This document shows positions 1 to 11,348 of a stretch of 64,000 nt of DNA, in pieces; position 1 is the stretch's first letter, and each line of letters opens with the position of its first letter. The DNA is from an uncultured Methanoregulaceae archaeon (lineage in GTDB: Archaea; Halobacteriota; Methanomicrobia; Methanomicrobiales; Methanospirillaceae), in contig CAVTTL010000001.1 in assembly GCA_963737635.1 (NCBI GenBank), positions 480,001 through 544,000 on the forward strand, read 5' to 3'. The translations under genes and the position numbers were made by a program. The notes below the pieces were generated by a model. It searched no databases, was not told where the DNA came from, and worked only from the letters and a program-made list of their open reading frames with translations.

Positions 1-2
1 GT

Positions 3-197
3 TTCCTTATTGATGTGACAGAAAAGAAAAACGTCGAAGAAGGTCTTATCGAAGCTGAAATCCTCCTGAAGAATTACGGAGGAAAGAAACAGGAGGATCA
101 GCCTGGTGGAGACGGGCAGGGTCCATTTGCTGCACTCAAATCCCTCTTTTCTCCAAAAAAAGCCGAAGCTGATGAAGACATCTCTCCCGATACCTGA
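3..197 (+). CDS. 3' end of a hypothetical protein (5'-truncated by the window edge)
   Basis: Frame is open from position 3 (FLIDVTEKKNVEEGLIEAEILL...) to TGA at 197 and converges on leuB; no recognisable motif. Confidence 0.55.
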   Translation, partial: FLIDVTEKKNVEEGLIEAEILLKNYGGKKQEDQPGGDGQGPFAALKSLFSPKKAEADEDISPDT

Positions 198-264
198 TAT
201 TCTGGAGTAGGCTTCGATTCAAAGATAAACCTAAGGAAAAGTTCAAAAATACTGATAGGCTGGA

Positions 265-1380
265 TCAGATACTGCGTACGCATTCAGCAATATAACTTCC
301 TGCGCGTGCGGTTCCCGCTGTCCCACCCAGATCTTTTGTCACCACACCATCTCGGATGCTCTTTTCGATGGCAGAAACCACTGCTGCCGCAGCCTCGTGT
401 TCGCCAAGATGATCCAGAAGAAGGGATCCTGCCCAGATGGTAGCGATCGGATTTGCCACGTCCATGCCCTTGTACTTCGGTGCTGATCCGTGGATCGGCT
501 CGAACATGGATGTACCTTTCGGGTTGATGTTACCGCCCGGAGCAAGACCAAGTCCTCCTTGGATCATCGCGCCGAGATCCGTAATGATGTCCCCGAACAT
601 GTTGGGCGTGACGACGACGTCGAACCACTCGGGGTTTTTCACAAACCACATCGTGACTGCATCCACGAAATTGAATTCCGTAACGACATCCGGGTACTTT
701 TTTGCTGTTTCACAAAAGACGTCGCGCCAGAGCCCATAGATATCGGAGAGTACATTTGCTTTATCGACTGAAGTGAGTTTTTTCCGGCGTTTTCTGGCCA
801 GATCAAACGCATAGGTCTGGACCCGCCTTGCCCCTTCCCTGGTCACGACCCCGATCTGGTACGCCAGTTCCTCAGCATCGCTTTCGATGTCGAGACCGAA
901 CTTCACGTTGTAGATCTCCCGGACAACCTTAAGTTCGGTCTTTTGGTGGCCTGTGAACCGGGAACCTATCCCTACGTAAAAATCCTCGGTATTTTCCCGA
1001 ACGACCACAAAATCAATGTCTTTTGGTGTTTTATTGGCAAGTGGTGTCTCGACGCCTTCAAGCAGTTTAATCGGCCGCAAATTTATGTACTCATCAAAGG
1101 AGAACCGAAGCGCAAGCAGAATGCCTTTCTCAAGGATGCCCGGCTGGACCCGGGGGTCACCGATCGCACCAAAGTAGATCGCCTTGAATTTCCTCAATTC
1201 TGCCAGATCATCCTCGGTCAAGAGCTTCTTGGTCGCAAGGTACCTTTCTGCCCCGATATCGAAATCAGTCCATTCGATCTCGAAGTTGAACCGCTCTCCC
1301 GTGGCTTCCAGTACTTTCTTTCCTTCTGCGACAATCTCCGGCCCGATGCCATCCCCGCCTATTGCTGCGACTTTGTACAC
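265..1380 (-). CDS. leuB: 3-isopropylmalate dehydrogenase (isocitrate/isopropylmalate dehydrogenase family)
   Basis: Motifs [45 protein letters not shown]; downstream of the dehydratase subunits. Confidence 0.9.
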   Translation of the reverse strand: MYKVAAIGGDGIGPEIVAEGKKVLEATGERFNFEIEWTDFDIGAERYLATKKLLTEDDLAELRKFKAIYFGAIGDPRVQPGILEKGILLALRFSFDEYINLRPIKLLEGVETPLANKTPKDIDFVVVRENTEDFYVGIGSRFTGHQKTELKVVREIYNVKFGLDIESDAEELAYQIGVVTREGARRVQTYAFDLARKRRKKLTSVDKANVLSDIYGLWRDVFCETAKKYPDVVTEFNFVDAVTMWFVKNPEWFDVVVTPNMFGDIITDLGAMIQGGLGLAPGGNINPKGTSMFEPIHGSAPKYKGMDVANPIATIWAGSLLLDHLGEHEAAAAVVSAIEKSIRDGVVTKDLGGTAGTARAGSYIAECVRSI

Positions 1381-1859
1381 ACTGGCACCTCCTTTAAGGG
1401 CTTCGCGTAGTTTACCAGACCCCCGGCATCGATAATACCCTGCATGAAGGGGGGGACCGGTTCAATGGCAAGTTTTTTGCCGTCGACCTCCACATAGCCC
1501 TTTTTGACGCTGATCGTGACCTTTGCCCCGTCAGGGATTTTATCTGTTTCATGGCAGACCACCGGGAGTACCCCGACGTTAACGGCATTCCGGAAGAAAA
1601 TGCGGGCAAACGATTGGGCCAAGACTACCTGTACTCCTCCGCCAAGGAGCGCCAGCGGCGCGTGTTCGCGCGAAGAGCCGCACCCGAAATTCTTTCCGGC
1701 AACGACCACGTCGCCTTCTTTTACTTTCTTTGCAAACTCATCCCGGGTACCCTCAAAGGCATGCTTTGCCAGTTCCTTTGGATCGTAAATGGTCAGGAAA
1801 CGGCCCGGTATGATCGCGTCAGTATCGATATTGTCCCCAAATTTCCATGCTCTCATCAT
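1359..1859 (-). CDS. leuD: 3-isopropylmalate dehydratase/homoaconitase small subunit
   Basis: [40 protein letters not shown]. Substrate class (LeuD vs HacB) cannot be resolved from sequence alone. Confidence 0.88.
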   Translation of the reverse strand: MMRAWKFGDNIDTDAIIPGRFLTIYDPKELAKHAFEGTRDEFAKKVKEGDVVVAGKNFGCGSSREHAPLALLGGGVQVVLAQSFARIFFRNAVNVGVLPVVCHETDKIPDGAKVTISVKKGYVEVDGKKLAIEPVPPFMQGIIDAGGLVNYAKPLKEVPVCTKSQQ

Positions 1860-3111
1860 TACACCTCACGCGGATCCGTGATCTCGCCTTTTATTGCGCT
1901 TGCAGCTGCCGTTGTCGCCGAAGAGAGATAGACCGAGGCTTCGGTGCTGCCCTGGCGGCCCTTAAAGTTCCGGTTTGATGTCGAGAGACAGACCTCCCCG
2001 GGTGCAAGCAGGCCAAATGATCCCCCCATGCACGGCCCGCAGCACGGCGCCTCGACAAGAGCTCCCGCCTTTACGAATCGTTCTATGAGTCCCTTTTCGA
2101 GAGCTTTGAGATATTCGTCGCGAGATGCAGGGATGATAATTACCCGGGTTTTCGGGTTGAACTTCTTTTTACCCAGCACTTTTGCAGCCTCGGCAAGATC
2201 TTCATACCGCCCGTTTGTGCATGAGCCGATGAAAACCTGATCGATATGGGTTCCTTCGACCTTACTTACCGGCACCCCCTGATCAACATTATGGGGAATA
2301 GCGACCTGAGGCTCAAGGTCAGTGACATCGTACAGTTCTCTTTTCCGCAAACGTTGCATCGTCATCGCTTGCAAGATCGAAGGGTTTCATTTTCCGGCGG
2401 CCTTTCATGTATTCCCAGGTAATTTTGTCGGGCGGGACGATACCGGCTTTTGCGCCCATTTCGATCGCCATATTGCAACAGGTCATCCGGCAGGCCATGT
2501 CCAGTTTTGCGATGGTCTTACCCGTAAATTCGATTGCCTGGTAGGTCAGCTCCGTCTGCTCCGATATCGGTTGCAATTGCGAGGATCAGGTCCTTTGCCC
2601 CGACCCTTTCCGGGAACTTACCCGACACCGCAACCCGGAGGGTCTCCGGCACCTTGAAGTAGAGGGCACCGAACTTCATGGCAAAACCCATATCGGTCGA
2701 ACCAATGCCGGTCGCAAACGCCCCTACGGCCCCGTACATGCAGGTATGGGAATCGGCACCTACTACGATCTCACCTGGCGCTGCCCGGCCTTTCTCAAGG
2801 ACAACCTGGTGGCAGACACCTTCATTGATATCGTAATTATGGATGCCCTGCTCTGCCGCAAAGGTGCGCATGAATACGTGATTTTTTGCCGCTTCAAGGG
2901 AATCTGCAGGTATCTGGTGATCGAAGAGCATGATGACACGGTGCGGATCGAAAACCTGTTCTCCGTCCATCTCGTAGAACTTCTGGATGGCAAGAGGGCC
3001 GGTAATATCGTGGATCATTACCCCGTCAAGAGGAGTCATGACCACTTCGCCTGCCCTGATATCGCTGCCGCATTTCCGTGAGAAGATCTTCTCGACGATT
3101 GTTGATCCCAT
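1859..3111 (-). CDS. leuC: 3-isopropylmalate dehydratase/homoaconitase large subunit (split by two frameshifts)
   Basis: Three overlapping ORFs (2518-3111, 2319-2576, 1859-2374) join into one aconitase-family protein: [52 protein letters not shown]. Confidence 0.88.
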
Positions 3112-3279
3112 GCTCTATCGTCTGTACCATGTGCGCTTCTGGCACTTTTACTTTGGGGACTGCTATCCTTTGGCAGTATAATGGCTTTGCATGGATAGTT
3201 CCCCGGGATAATTTCGAATTTTTTCGCAGTCAAAGCAACCTTTAATCTTCCTGATCTCCAATGATCGACCGGAAATACT

Positions 3280-4070
3280 ATGAGGAAGACAGCAGTTCTT
3301 ATCCTGGCCGCGACGATTCTTTTCATGGCACTGATCGGCTGTGTATCAGCCACAGATACGACCAATGATCATACCATTCAGGTCAGCGGCACCGGCTCGG
3401 TCACTGGTACCCGGACCGGGTACAGATCAGTTTTGCGGTCGAGACAGAAAACGCGGATGTCAAAATCGCACAGTCAAACAACGCTCTCACGATGAACAAT
3501 GTCTTTGACATGCTTGAGGCAGCCGGAGTTCCCGGTGATCAGATGAAAACCATTGGCTATACGATCACCCCGGTTTACCAGCAAGATGCCAGTGGCATCC
3601 TCTCGGGTACGGTCAAAACGTACCAAGTGACAAATACCCTTCAGGTCACCCTCAATGACACAAATTCAACGGGCCAGGTCATCGATACAGCTGTCAGCGC
3701 CGGCGCAAACCAGGTAAACTCCATCCAGTTCATGCTTTCCGATGAACAGGCGCAGGCGCTCCGCAGCCAGGCGCTGACAAAGGCGGTCGCAAACGCACGA
3801 GCCGACGCAAATGCGGTCGCGGCAGCCCTCAACGTTACCCTGACCGGGACGCAGACTGCCGATATCAGCCAAGGATACATCCCGGTAGTTTACGGCAATT
3901 ACGATACTACGTCAGCCGCTTCCGGTGCACTGAAGGCAGCCCCGACTCCCATCCAGTCCGGAGATATAACCGTCACTGCCCAGGTATCGGTCACCTATAC
4001 AATTCAGCTGATACCCCCTCAGCTAGTCACCAGATTTTTTTCAAAACTTTTTTACATAAGCAGCGTGTGA
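3280..4070 (+). CDS. SIMPL/DUF541 domain secreted protein (frameshift near 3410; 3' end uncertain)
   Basis: Signal-peptide-like N-terminus, TIQVSGTGSV, then YQVTNTLQVT, VIDTAVSAGANQVNSIQF, ALTKAVANARADA and TVTAQVSVTY, typical of DUF541. Confidence 0.8.
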
Positions 4071-4172
4071 TTATTTCTTAATCCAGCAACCATAGTTCCG
4101 GTCTACCGGACTATTCTCTATCCAAGTATCGAATATCGGAAAAATTGCGGATACAATAGGATTGATTTTGAA

Positions 4173-4617
4173 ATGGAACGCAATATCGGCTTTAAAGAGC
4201 GAAGGTATATTGAGGAGCTGCGGATCCTCACCCGGGCAACTGCCCTCGACTGTGTAATCGACGAAAGGTTTGACCGGGTAATCTATGTGATCCGGCAGGG
4301 CGACATGGGCCTCGCAATAGGGAAGAAAGGAGATAATATCAAGCGGCTCCAGAACGTGCTAGGCCGGCGTATCGAGATGGTCGAGTATGCCGAGGACCCG
4401 GATATGTTCATTACCAACATCTTCAAACCTGCTGAAGTAACCGGTATTGAGCGGAGTGCCAATAACGGTCCCGTCAATGTGCAGGTAAACAAAAAAAGCG
4501 ATCTCGGTATCGCTATCGGGAAGGCTGGCTGCAATATCGAGAAGGCGCGTATACTCTGCCCGGCGTTTCTGTGGTCTTGAAATCGGCGATGTCCTGCTCA
4601 CGCAGGAGGAAGCATGA
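4173..4617 (+). CDS. nusA: Archaeal NusA-like KH-domain transcription factor (frameshift near 4560)
   Basis: Two KH GxxG loops (GLAIGKKGDNIK, GIAIGKAGCNIEKA). The corrected frame ends at a TGA overlapping the hisE ATG. Confidence 0.88.
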
Positions 4618-4928
4618 GATCGGCAGATGAGGGATCGGTCGATCTCCGGGTGATCCGGGAACTCTGGGAGGTTATTTGCGATCGGGCGGCACACCCGGAC
4701 GAAGGGTCCTACACAAGCCGGCTGTTGAGAGACACAAAAGGCATCGACCGGGTTCTTGAAAAAGTAGGCGAGGAGTCTACCGAATTTATCATCGCTATAA
4801 AAAATGGGGTGCCAGCCCGGACTGCTGAAGAGGCGGCTGACCTCTTCTTTCATATCCTTGTCGCGCTACGTGCCGCGGATGTCGATCTTAAAGATGTTAT
4901 ACAGGAGCTCGAGCGCCGGCGAAAGTAG
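4614..4928 (+). CDS. hisE: Phosphoribosyl-ATP diphosphatase
   Basis: GSYTSRLL, KVGEESTEFIIA, EAADLFFHILV, ELERR. Confidence 0.93.
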   Translation: MRSADEGSVDLRVIRELWEVICDRAAHPDEGSYTSRLLRDTKGIDRVLEKVGEESTEFIIAIKNGVPARTAEEAADLFFHILVALRAADVDLKDVIQELERRRK

Positions 4929-4956
4929 ACACCTGTCTGCTCGCGATAGCGGACCG

Positions 4957-5415
4957 TTATTTCAACTGCGTATTAAGAAACGTTGAGAGATCGATCATAT
5001 CGGCGAAATTATTTCTCTTTTCAGCAAGGGCCAGAAGCTCTTCATCCACAAGGATATACGCATTTGCGCGCAGGGCCACTGCAATGCCGTCACTCGGCCG
5101 GCAGTCAAGAAAATCCTCACGGCCATCTGCCAAAAGAACGAGATGGGCATAATAGACCCCATCTTCGACACTGTCGATACTAAGGTGGCTCACGGTGATA
5201 GCATACTTCTCCGTGAGATCCAGAATCAGATCGTGCGTAAACGGGCGGGCGGATACCTCCTTGTTCTTCGCGCTGTTGATCGAGATCGCTTCCCAAAGAC
5301 CGATGAAGATCGGCAGCACGCGTCCGGCATTATCTGTCAGCAACACCACAGGTACGGTGGCCGCTTCATTCATTACCACAAACACGCCTTTGACTTCGCA
5401 CCGGACCTGCTGCAT
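4957..5415 (-). CDS. Bifunctional nuclease family protein (DUF151)
   Basis: LPIFIGLWEAISI, RPFTHDL, GVYYAHL, DCRPSDGIAVALR. Confidence 0.9.
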   Translation of the reverse strand: MQQVRCEVKGVFVVMNEAATVPVVLLTDNAGRVLPIFIGLWEAISINSAKNKEVSARPFTHDLILDLTEKYAITVSHLSIDSVEDGVYYAHLVLLADGREDFLDCRPSDGIAVALRANAYILVDEELLALAEKRNNFADMIDLSTFLNTQLK

Positions 5416-5484
5416 GGTAGGTGAAGAGACATTATCCTGCCGTATGATAAGAGTTGAGATCTGAATGCGGCAGGTGCCGGACGG

Positions 5485-6501
5485 TTACCGGTTCCCCGAC
5501 TCCCGCCTGACGATGATGAGGCTAGAGATGATCCCAAGAGCGATATTGAAATAATAGAGCACGATCCTCCAGATGACCACGAAAACGCCGACGATCGCTG
5601 CGGGGATAAACAGGGCGTACATCGAGGTTGCCCCGACCTCGGCGATGCCGGAACTGCCCGGTGTCAAAGGCAGCATCATCAGGATAGCAAGGATGAGCTG
5701 GATCACAAACGACTCAAAGAAGAGCGGCGGCTGCCCGAGGCCGAGAAGGATCAGCGACGCAGTAACGATCTCCGAAACCCAGTAGAGCAGAGTGAAGAGC
5801 ATGCCCCATAACAGCCCGGATTTTGCCGTCCGCACAAACCTCAGTACCGCGGAATGAAAATTCGCAATTTCCTTATCTATTCGTTCGAGCAGGGCTGTGA
5901 CACGTGCCGGTTCCCATTTGCGGGTAAAGAAACGCGCAGCCCTGTCTGCCAGTCTCTTCATCACATCGGGCCTCCGAATGGCAAGATAGAAAAGGAAGAG
6001 GCAGCCTGCAACGAACACCCACGTAACATAGACCATGAGATTTGAGATCGCTCCCAGACTCTGCCACTGCTCGGAAAGGGCAAACATGGCAACCGCGGCA
6101 AGGCAGGCAAGCGCGATGCCGTCCAGTACCCGCTCCATGATCACGACAGCAGTCGCGTCCCCAATCGGGACGTTGGCCCGGTACAGCTCATGCACCCTGA
6201 CCGGTTCGCCGCCGGCCTGAGCGGGGGTGACTGCTGCAGCAAGGAGGTTTGCAAAAACAAGGTTCAATGAATAAAAAAATTTGATCGGGTATCCGAGCGA
6301 CCCCGACATTTTCTTGACCCGCATGGCCCAGAAACACATGGTCAGGATGTGTGTCAGAAATGCCAGAAGCAGGAACCAGGGATTGATCTTCTTGAGGTAC
6401 TGGATTGTATTCTGGTTGATAGTAAGGTACAGGATGACAATCAGTACCGTAAGGGAGAACCCGATGGAAATATACAGCCATTTCCTCTGCGATCTCTCCA
6501 T
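5485..6501 (-). CDS. UPF0104/lysylphosphatidylglycerol synthase TM-domain (flippase-like) membrane protein
   Basis: Multi-TM protein with TPAQAGGEPVR, ERVLD, PLTPGSSGIAE, WRIVLYY. Confidence 0.85.
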   Translation of the reverse strand: MERSQRKWLYISIGFSLTVLIVILYLTINQNTIQYLKKINPWFLLLAFLTHILTMCFWAMRVKKMSGSLGYPIKFFYSLNLVFANLLAAAVTPAQAGGEPVRVHELYRANVPIGDATAVVIMERVLDGIALACLAAVAMFALSEQWQSLGAISNLMVYVTWVFVAGCLFLFYLAIRRPDVMKRLADRAARFFTRKWEPARVTALLERIDKEIANFHSAVLRFVRTAKSGLLWGMLFTLLYWVSEIVTASLILLGLGQPPLFFESFVIQLILAILMMLPLTPGSSGIAEVGATSMYALFIPAAIVGVFVVIWRIVLYYFNIALGIISSLIIVRRESGNR

Positions 6502-6595
6502 AATGCAATCCCCGGCAAGCGCTGAGCTTGTGCGCCTTTTATCCTTAAAGGTTATGAGGCATAGTATAAACAGTTTTTATCCGGGGAATATCTCT

Positions 6596-7176
6596 TCATA
6601 TCGTAAAAATTTCCCGGTTCGCGGTAACTACCAGGAGGCCGGCCCGACCCCGGCATCAAGCCACCCGTGGCCGTAGCTGAACCGGGCGAGGGCTTCCTCC
6701 TCTGCTCCTGCGGTAAGGCTGTACACTCCACCCCGCGCATAGCAGGTGCCGATCAGAATGACTCGCCGGGCAAACCTGCCGGCTGCCGTTTCAGGTTCGG
6801 GTGCAGGGACCACAGAGGCGCACGCGGTATCGAACAGGCGGGCATACCGCTGTGTCTTCTCGCGTCGTTGTGCAGCAAGAGCCGGAGAGAGTATCTCAAC
6901 CTGCCCGGCAAAAGGGCAGGCAACCGGCTTTCTTTTCGGCAGAAAAAACAGGCCGTATGAGATGCCGAAATGCAACCAGGCGTACCCGTAATAGAATGCG
7001 GCCAGCGCGTTGACCCGGTCTCCACCGGTTAAGAACGTAGTCCCATCGTCTGCGTACGCGCGTGCCATATCCTTCGTGATATCCGCGAGCGCTGCGAGCG
7101 GTGTGCTCTCCGGAGGGACGACCATTATGGCATCGAGTTCGCGGGATAGACGATCTCCACACTCGGCGATTAACAT
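6596..7176 (-). CDS. DUF357 domain protein (tandem domains; frameshift near the 3' end)
   Basis: [26 protein letters not shown] and [15 protein letters not shown]. The start overlaps the dph5 stop; the corrected tail [13 protein letters not shown] ends at 6596. Confidence 0.75.
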
Positions 7177-7922
7177 AAGCCGGCAAACCTCGCCAGGTAC
7201 GTTCTCTCCATATCGTGAAGGTCCCCCGGCACGACCAGCACATGGAGGGGGGGACCAAAGTCCATAGAACAAAGAGTCTCAGCAGTTCCGGCGTGAACGA
7301 CCGGTACATTGGAACCGGCCCTTGCTATGCCGACATAAAGCGGGATCGTCAGCTGTTTTTTTCGTGCCATCTCTTCGAGCAGGCTGACACCTTCGCCGAC
7401 GGTCATATAACGCCCGTCATGGATATCGAGATACACAAGCGTATGCAGCCGGCGTATCAGGTTTTCTGCAATGACATCCAATGGAGACGTCGGTGACCAG
7501 CCTGCCTGCGGGAACGGCACTGAGCAGGACTTTCCGAACCGGTAGTTCTGGAGACCCGATAGTCCGCAGACGGCACTCACTATTGATGATCCATGAATGA
7601 TAGCGGTTGGAATACCCCGGTCGGCCGCCCGTATCCGGAGATCTGCGTGAGTAGTCGATACCATGGGATCCCCGGCACACAGAAAGACCGTATTTCCGGT
7701 GAGCGCACAATCGAGCAGTTCGTCCGGGTGCTGCTCCACATCCTCACGTATCAGCACCCGGATTGGTTTCTGGTAGAATGTTTCGAGCTCTTCTTTTGTC
7801 GCTCCCATGAGCCGTGAGGTATATCCCTCGAGAAAGACGTGGTCCGCGCTCCTGATAAGAAGAAGTCCCTTCTCCGAGACGTCGTTCTTGTCGTAAAGGC
7901 CAAGGCCGATAAAGGTCAGCAT
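7170..7922 (-). CDS. dph5: Diphthine synthase
   Basis: [54 protein letters not shown]. Confidence 0.95.
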   Translation of the reverse strand: MLTFIGLGLYDKNDVSEKGLLLIRSADHVFLEGYTSRLMGATKEELETFYQKPIRVLIREDVEQHPDELLDCALTGNTVFLCAGDPMVSTTHADLRIRAADRGIPTAIIHGSSIVSAVCGLSGLQNYRFGKSCSVPFPQAGWSPTSPLDVIAENLIRRLHTLVYLDIHDGRYMTVGEGVSLLEEMARKKQLTIPLYVGIARAGSNVPVVHAGTAETLCSMDFGPPLHVLVVPGDLHDMERTYLARFAGLC

Positions 7923-7981
7923 GTCTGTATTTTTTTTTTTGAGAGTATCCCGGGCTATGTCCCGGATGCTCGATCGCCGTG

Positions 7982-9145
7982 TCAGTAGATGAAGCGGGTA
8001 ATCGAATCCACCAGAGATTCAAGGACCGCCCGCACGTCGTCTTTCTGGCGGGCGGAGATCAAAAACACCGGAATGTTCTTGTCAACACCAATCCCCTTTC
8101 TTATCTCTTCTTCGCTCATCGTTCCCGGAAGGTCCTTTTTATTCGCCGCAATAATCATCGGCACGTGCATCATGGTAATGAGTTTATAGAGATGACGGGC
8201 CCGTGCAAGCTGCTCGTGGTTCGTGGCATCCGCCAGTAAAATGACACCCATCGCATTATTCAGGATCACCGGCAGCATCGAGTCGAACCGGGGCTGCCCC
8301 GGGGTACCGAAGAGCGTGATGTCGAAATCCCGCCAGTGCAGCCACCCGAAGTCCATAGCAACCGTGGTCATGTCGCCGTTTATACCGGTCCTGTCGACAG
8401 ACATCCCCAGTTCCGTTGCGCTTGCCACAAACCGGGACTTCCCAGATTCAGGTGGCCCGGTAACGACAATTTTGGGGATATAAGGGACAATGTGACCGTT
8501 CTTGACAAGGAAAGGTACCGAACGGCGCAGCTGGGTCGACCATGACGTATACAGGATGGTGAAATAGTTGAAGTGAGGCAGGGGCCGGAATGAGGATTTG
8601 ATCGCAAGGATAAGATCGAAGGATTTCCTGACCGCAAGCGACTCAAGAAACGCATCTCCCTCGAAGTTCAGATGCTCGATAATGATAGTTGAACCAGGCA
8701 GGCAGTTCGCCCCGGAGAAGAGGGATAACCCTTTTTCCAGGCCGAAATCTTCGTAAATCATATCGAAATAACCAAAGATGACTTCGACTTTGTTATCAGC
8801 GCATAGTTTGTCAATTCTGGCCTGCCATTCCCGTTCGGCCGCTTCTCCGGTAACCGTACTGCGTTGTATCCGTTCACGGTCAACGCTGTCCAGAAAGACC
8901 AGCCGGTAATCCTTTGCCTGAACCGGTTTTCCCAGAAGCTGACTGATATCATGCAGAAATGCGTCAACCGTTGTGTGAGGAATGATCACAAGGCATGACT
9001 GCCCCTTTTCGAGGGTCGCAGACAATGTAGAGATCGTGAAAAGCTGCCCGTCAACCCCTGGCTCAAGACTATAGAGGACGCGACTGCCTTCGGGAATCCC
9101 ACCGCCCAGCATATCATCGATCCCATACATTCCGGTCGAAATCAT
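7982..9145 (-). CDS. KaiC/RAD55-like domain fused to a C-terminal small GTPase
   Basis: N-terminal [18 protein letters not shown] (KaiC-like, degenerate P-loop). C-terminal [37 protein letters not shown] overlap with the upstream gene. Confidence 0.8.
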   Translation of the reverse strand: MISTGMYGIDDMLGGGIPEGSRVLYSLEPGVDGQLFTISTLSATLEKGQSCLVIIPHTTVDAFLHDISQLLGKPVQAKDYRLVFLDSVDRERIQRSTVTGEAAEREWQARIDKLCADNKVEVIFGYFDMIYEDFGLEKGLSLFSGANCLPGSTIIIEHLNFEGDAFLESLAVRKSFDLILAIKSSFRPLPHFNYFTILYTSWSTQLRRSVPFLVKNGHIVPYIPKIVVTGPPESGKSRFVASATELGMSVDRTGINGDMTTVAMDFGWLHWRDFDITLFGTPGQPRFDSMLPVILNNAMGVILLADATNHEQLARARHLYKLITMMHVPMIIAANKKDLPGTMSEEEIRKGIGVDKNIPVFLISARQKDDVRAVLESLVDSITRFIY

Positions 9146-9849
9146 GGTACCAGAAACACCTGCCCCTTGTTGATGGTGAATTTGTTCCAATCCGTGTTTA
9201 CGCCACTGATTCCCAGAACCCGGAAATAGTTATCCGATCCTTCGACCTTGACCTCGATAACGATCATCATGAGCTGCTTGATCAGGGAGATCGTTTTCTC
9301 GTCAAACGATTCGTTATTGAGTATATAGACACCAAAGCCCTCGATCTTCCTGACTTTTGCCGTCATCACGTGGAGAAACTGGTAGAGTACCTCCAGCTTC
9401 CGGTACATAAGCAGGGTCGAAACAGAATTGACGCAGAACCGGATCGGCGGTGGAAAAAGCCCGGTCTCTTTCCCGGCAAACGTCCCGTCAAATATCGTTT
9501 CGATCATATGGGAAAATTTGATCCCGATCCCAGTCAGATCTGTTGGGTTCGTGACAAACATGAACCGCTCAGTGTCGGAAATTGTCGGCGTCGAACTTTT
9601 TGTGATCGCGTCAATCACACCGACGAAATGCTTATCAGCCCCGGCGGATTTGAACTGGTCGATCACCTCAGAGGCACGTTCGTTGGTGGAAAGCATGAGA
9701 GCAAACTCTCCGGGCTCGGGGCGCGTCAGGCTGTACGCAAGTTGTTCTGCATAGCTGAGGGACGGTGCGAGAATGAGGATGTTGGTCCCTGCATCAAACC
9801 CCCCGGTCACCTGATCGATCTGGGGGATACCTGTCTTATAAGAGTACAT
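9142..9849 (-). CDS. RAD55/KaiC-like (RecA-fold) protein with a degenerate Walker A
   Basis: KTGIPQIDQVTGGFDAGTNILI, GVIDAI, PTDLTGIGI, NSVSTLLMY. Confidence 0.78.
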   Translation of the reverse strand: MYSYKTGIPQIDQVTGGFDAGTNILILAPSLSYAEQLAYSLTRPEPGEFALMLSTNERASEVIDQFKSAGADKHFVGVIDAITKSSTPTISDTERFMFVTNPTDLTGIGIKFSHMIETIFDGTFAGKETGLFPPPIRFCVNSVSTLLMYRKLEVLYQFLHVMTAKVRKIEGFGVYILNNESFDEKTISLIKQLMMIVIEVKVEGSDNYFRVLGISGVNTDWNKFTINKGQVFLVP

Positions 9850-9968
9850 CTGTTGCGTGATTATTTAATGAGAAGACTTATAAGTGCTTTTGTCGGCTGG
9901 GACTACGCCACCTCAGGAAGATGCAGAGGTAAATCCTCATAACCTTGTCTGCCCTACGATTAGGTCAG

Positions 9969-10609
9969 ATGTTTTACTGGCTCTACGAGCGGATGCTTCT
10001 CTCGCAGATACAGGAACTCCCCCGGCACGTCTGTTTCATGATCAGTGGGACCGACCTCGCTGCAGAACCGGGGAAGTGCCTTGAAGTGACCGGGTGGTGT
10101 TCCGATTTAAATACACTCCATACGCGTCAGTCCCAGCAGTCAGCTAACCCCACGCCGTGCGCAATCCAGGGCCTCACCTTTCACATCAATCAGCTTTCCC
10201 GGAAGAGCTATCCCGTACTCTCCCGGCAATAAAAAGGATCTCATCGGTTGCCCGACTTGTGCTTCACCATGGCACAACTGAAGAGATCTCCGGTACCGGT
10301 CTCGATGTGGTGGTCGCAATTGGGAAAAGCGGGCGCGAAGAGATCACAGACTGCATCCGCAGGCTTGCGGAGAACGCAGTCCCGCCATCGGAGATCGATG
10401 AAAAAACACTCGAATCCTGCCTGACCTTCCGGTACGATCCGGACATCGTGATCAAGACTGGTGGCGATCACCTAACCGACTTTTTGATCTGGCAATCAGT
10501 CTACTCGGAGCTCTTCTTCTCCGATGTCAACTGGAAGTATTTCCGGCGCGTAGACTTCCTGAGGGTGCTGCGCGACTACCAGTCCCGCATACGCCGGTTC
10601 GGAAAATAA
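9969..10609 (+). CDS. Undecaprenyl diphosphate synthase family protein, divergent paralog (frameshift near 10200)
   Basis: N-terminal YWLYERMLL..LPRHVCFMI. C-terminal GKSGREEI, PDIVIKTGG..LTDFLIWQSVYSELFF, DFLRVLRDYQSRIRRFGK. The DGNRR motif is absent. Confidence 0.82.
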
Positions 10610-10621
10610 TCTAAAACGGAG

Positions 10622-11266
10622 TTATTTGATCCGGATATTTACCCAGCTCGGGATACCGCCCACGATCCGTTCCGTGAACGCATACTTGTTCTTGAGAGAA
10701 ACTGAGAAAATCCGCCGTTCCGGAATACTGACGTAACTGTGGTCCCGGCACCAGCGTTCAAATCGCTCGTAGAGTTCGTCCTTAGCAATAATCGCATCGG
10801 GACTCTCTTCCGACTCCCGGATGATCCTGGTACTCACAAACCGCGGTATTGCTTCTACTTTTTTCCCCGTTCTCCCGGTCTTTGGTTTCGTACCGGCAGG
10901 TACTACGGGAGGTGCAGCGGGAGGCAGAGGGGCTACTTCCCGGGGTTTTGTCGCTACCGGGCCCTTCTTCTCTTTTTTCTCCCTGAGCACTTTACCTGGC
11001 ACCGTGGGATCTTCTGCGTTGATAACCGGCGGTGATGCCGGGGCTTGAATTGATTGCTTTACCGGTCCATCCGGTGCGACGATCACCTTGGACTCAACTG
11101 GCCGGTGCAGCGGGGGACGGTATTCTATTTCCAGACGTTGTGCGAGCGCCCGGTTACATTCCTCGCTGATATCCAGGCGTTCTCTCTCCGCTGCCGCAAT
11201 AATATCGGACCGGAGCAGCACCGGCACCTGCTGCCAACCGTATCCTGCAGTCTTACCCGCTCCCAT
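10622..11266 (-). CDS. Hypothetical protein (possible N-terminal RHH-like and C-terminal winged-helix domains, Pro/Lys-rich linker)
   Basis: 214-aa ORF between the two uppS genes; domain guesses come from sequence pattern only. Confidence 0.6.
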   Translation of the reverse strand: MGAGKTAGYGWQQVPVLLRSDIIAAAERERLDISEECNRALAQRLEIEYRPPLHRPVESKVIVAPDGPVKQSIQAPASPPVINAEDPTVPGKVLREKKEKKGPVATKPREVAPLPPAAPPVVPAGTKPKTGRTGKKVEAIPRFVSTRIIRESEESPDAIIAKDELYERFERWCRDHSYVSIPERRIFSVSLKNKYAFTERIVGGIPSWVNIRIK

Positions 11267-11348
11267 AGGTTCACCCTATGTTCTCTGGTATGTTCCGGGA
11301 AATATAGTACGCGAAACACGTGCAAATTTAGTACCGGTACAGACCGGT

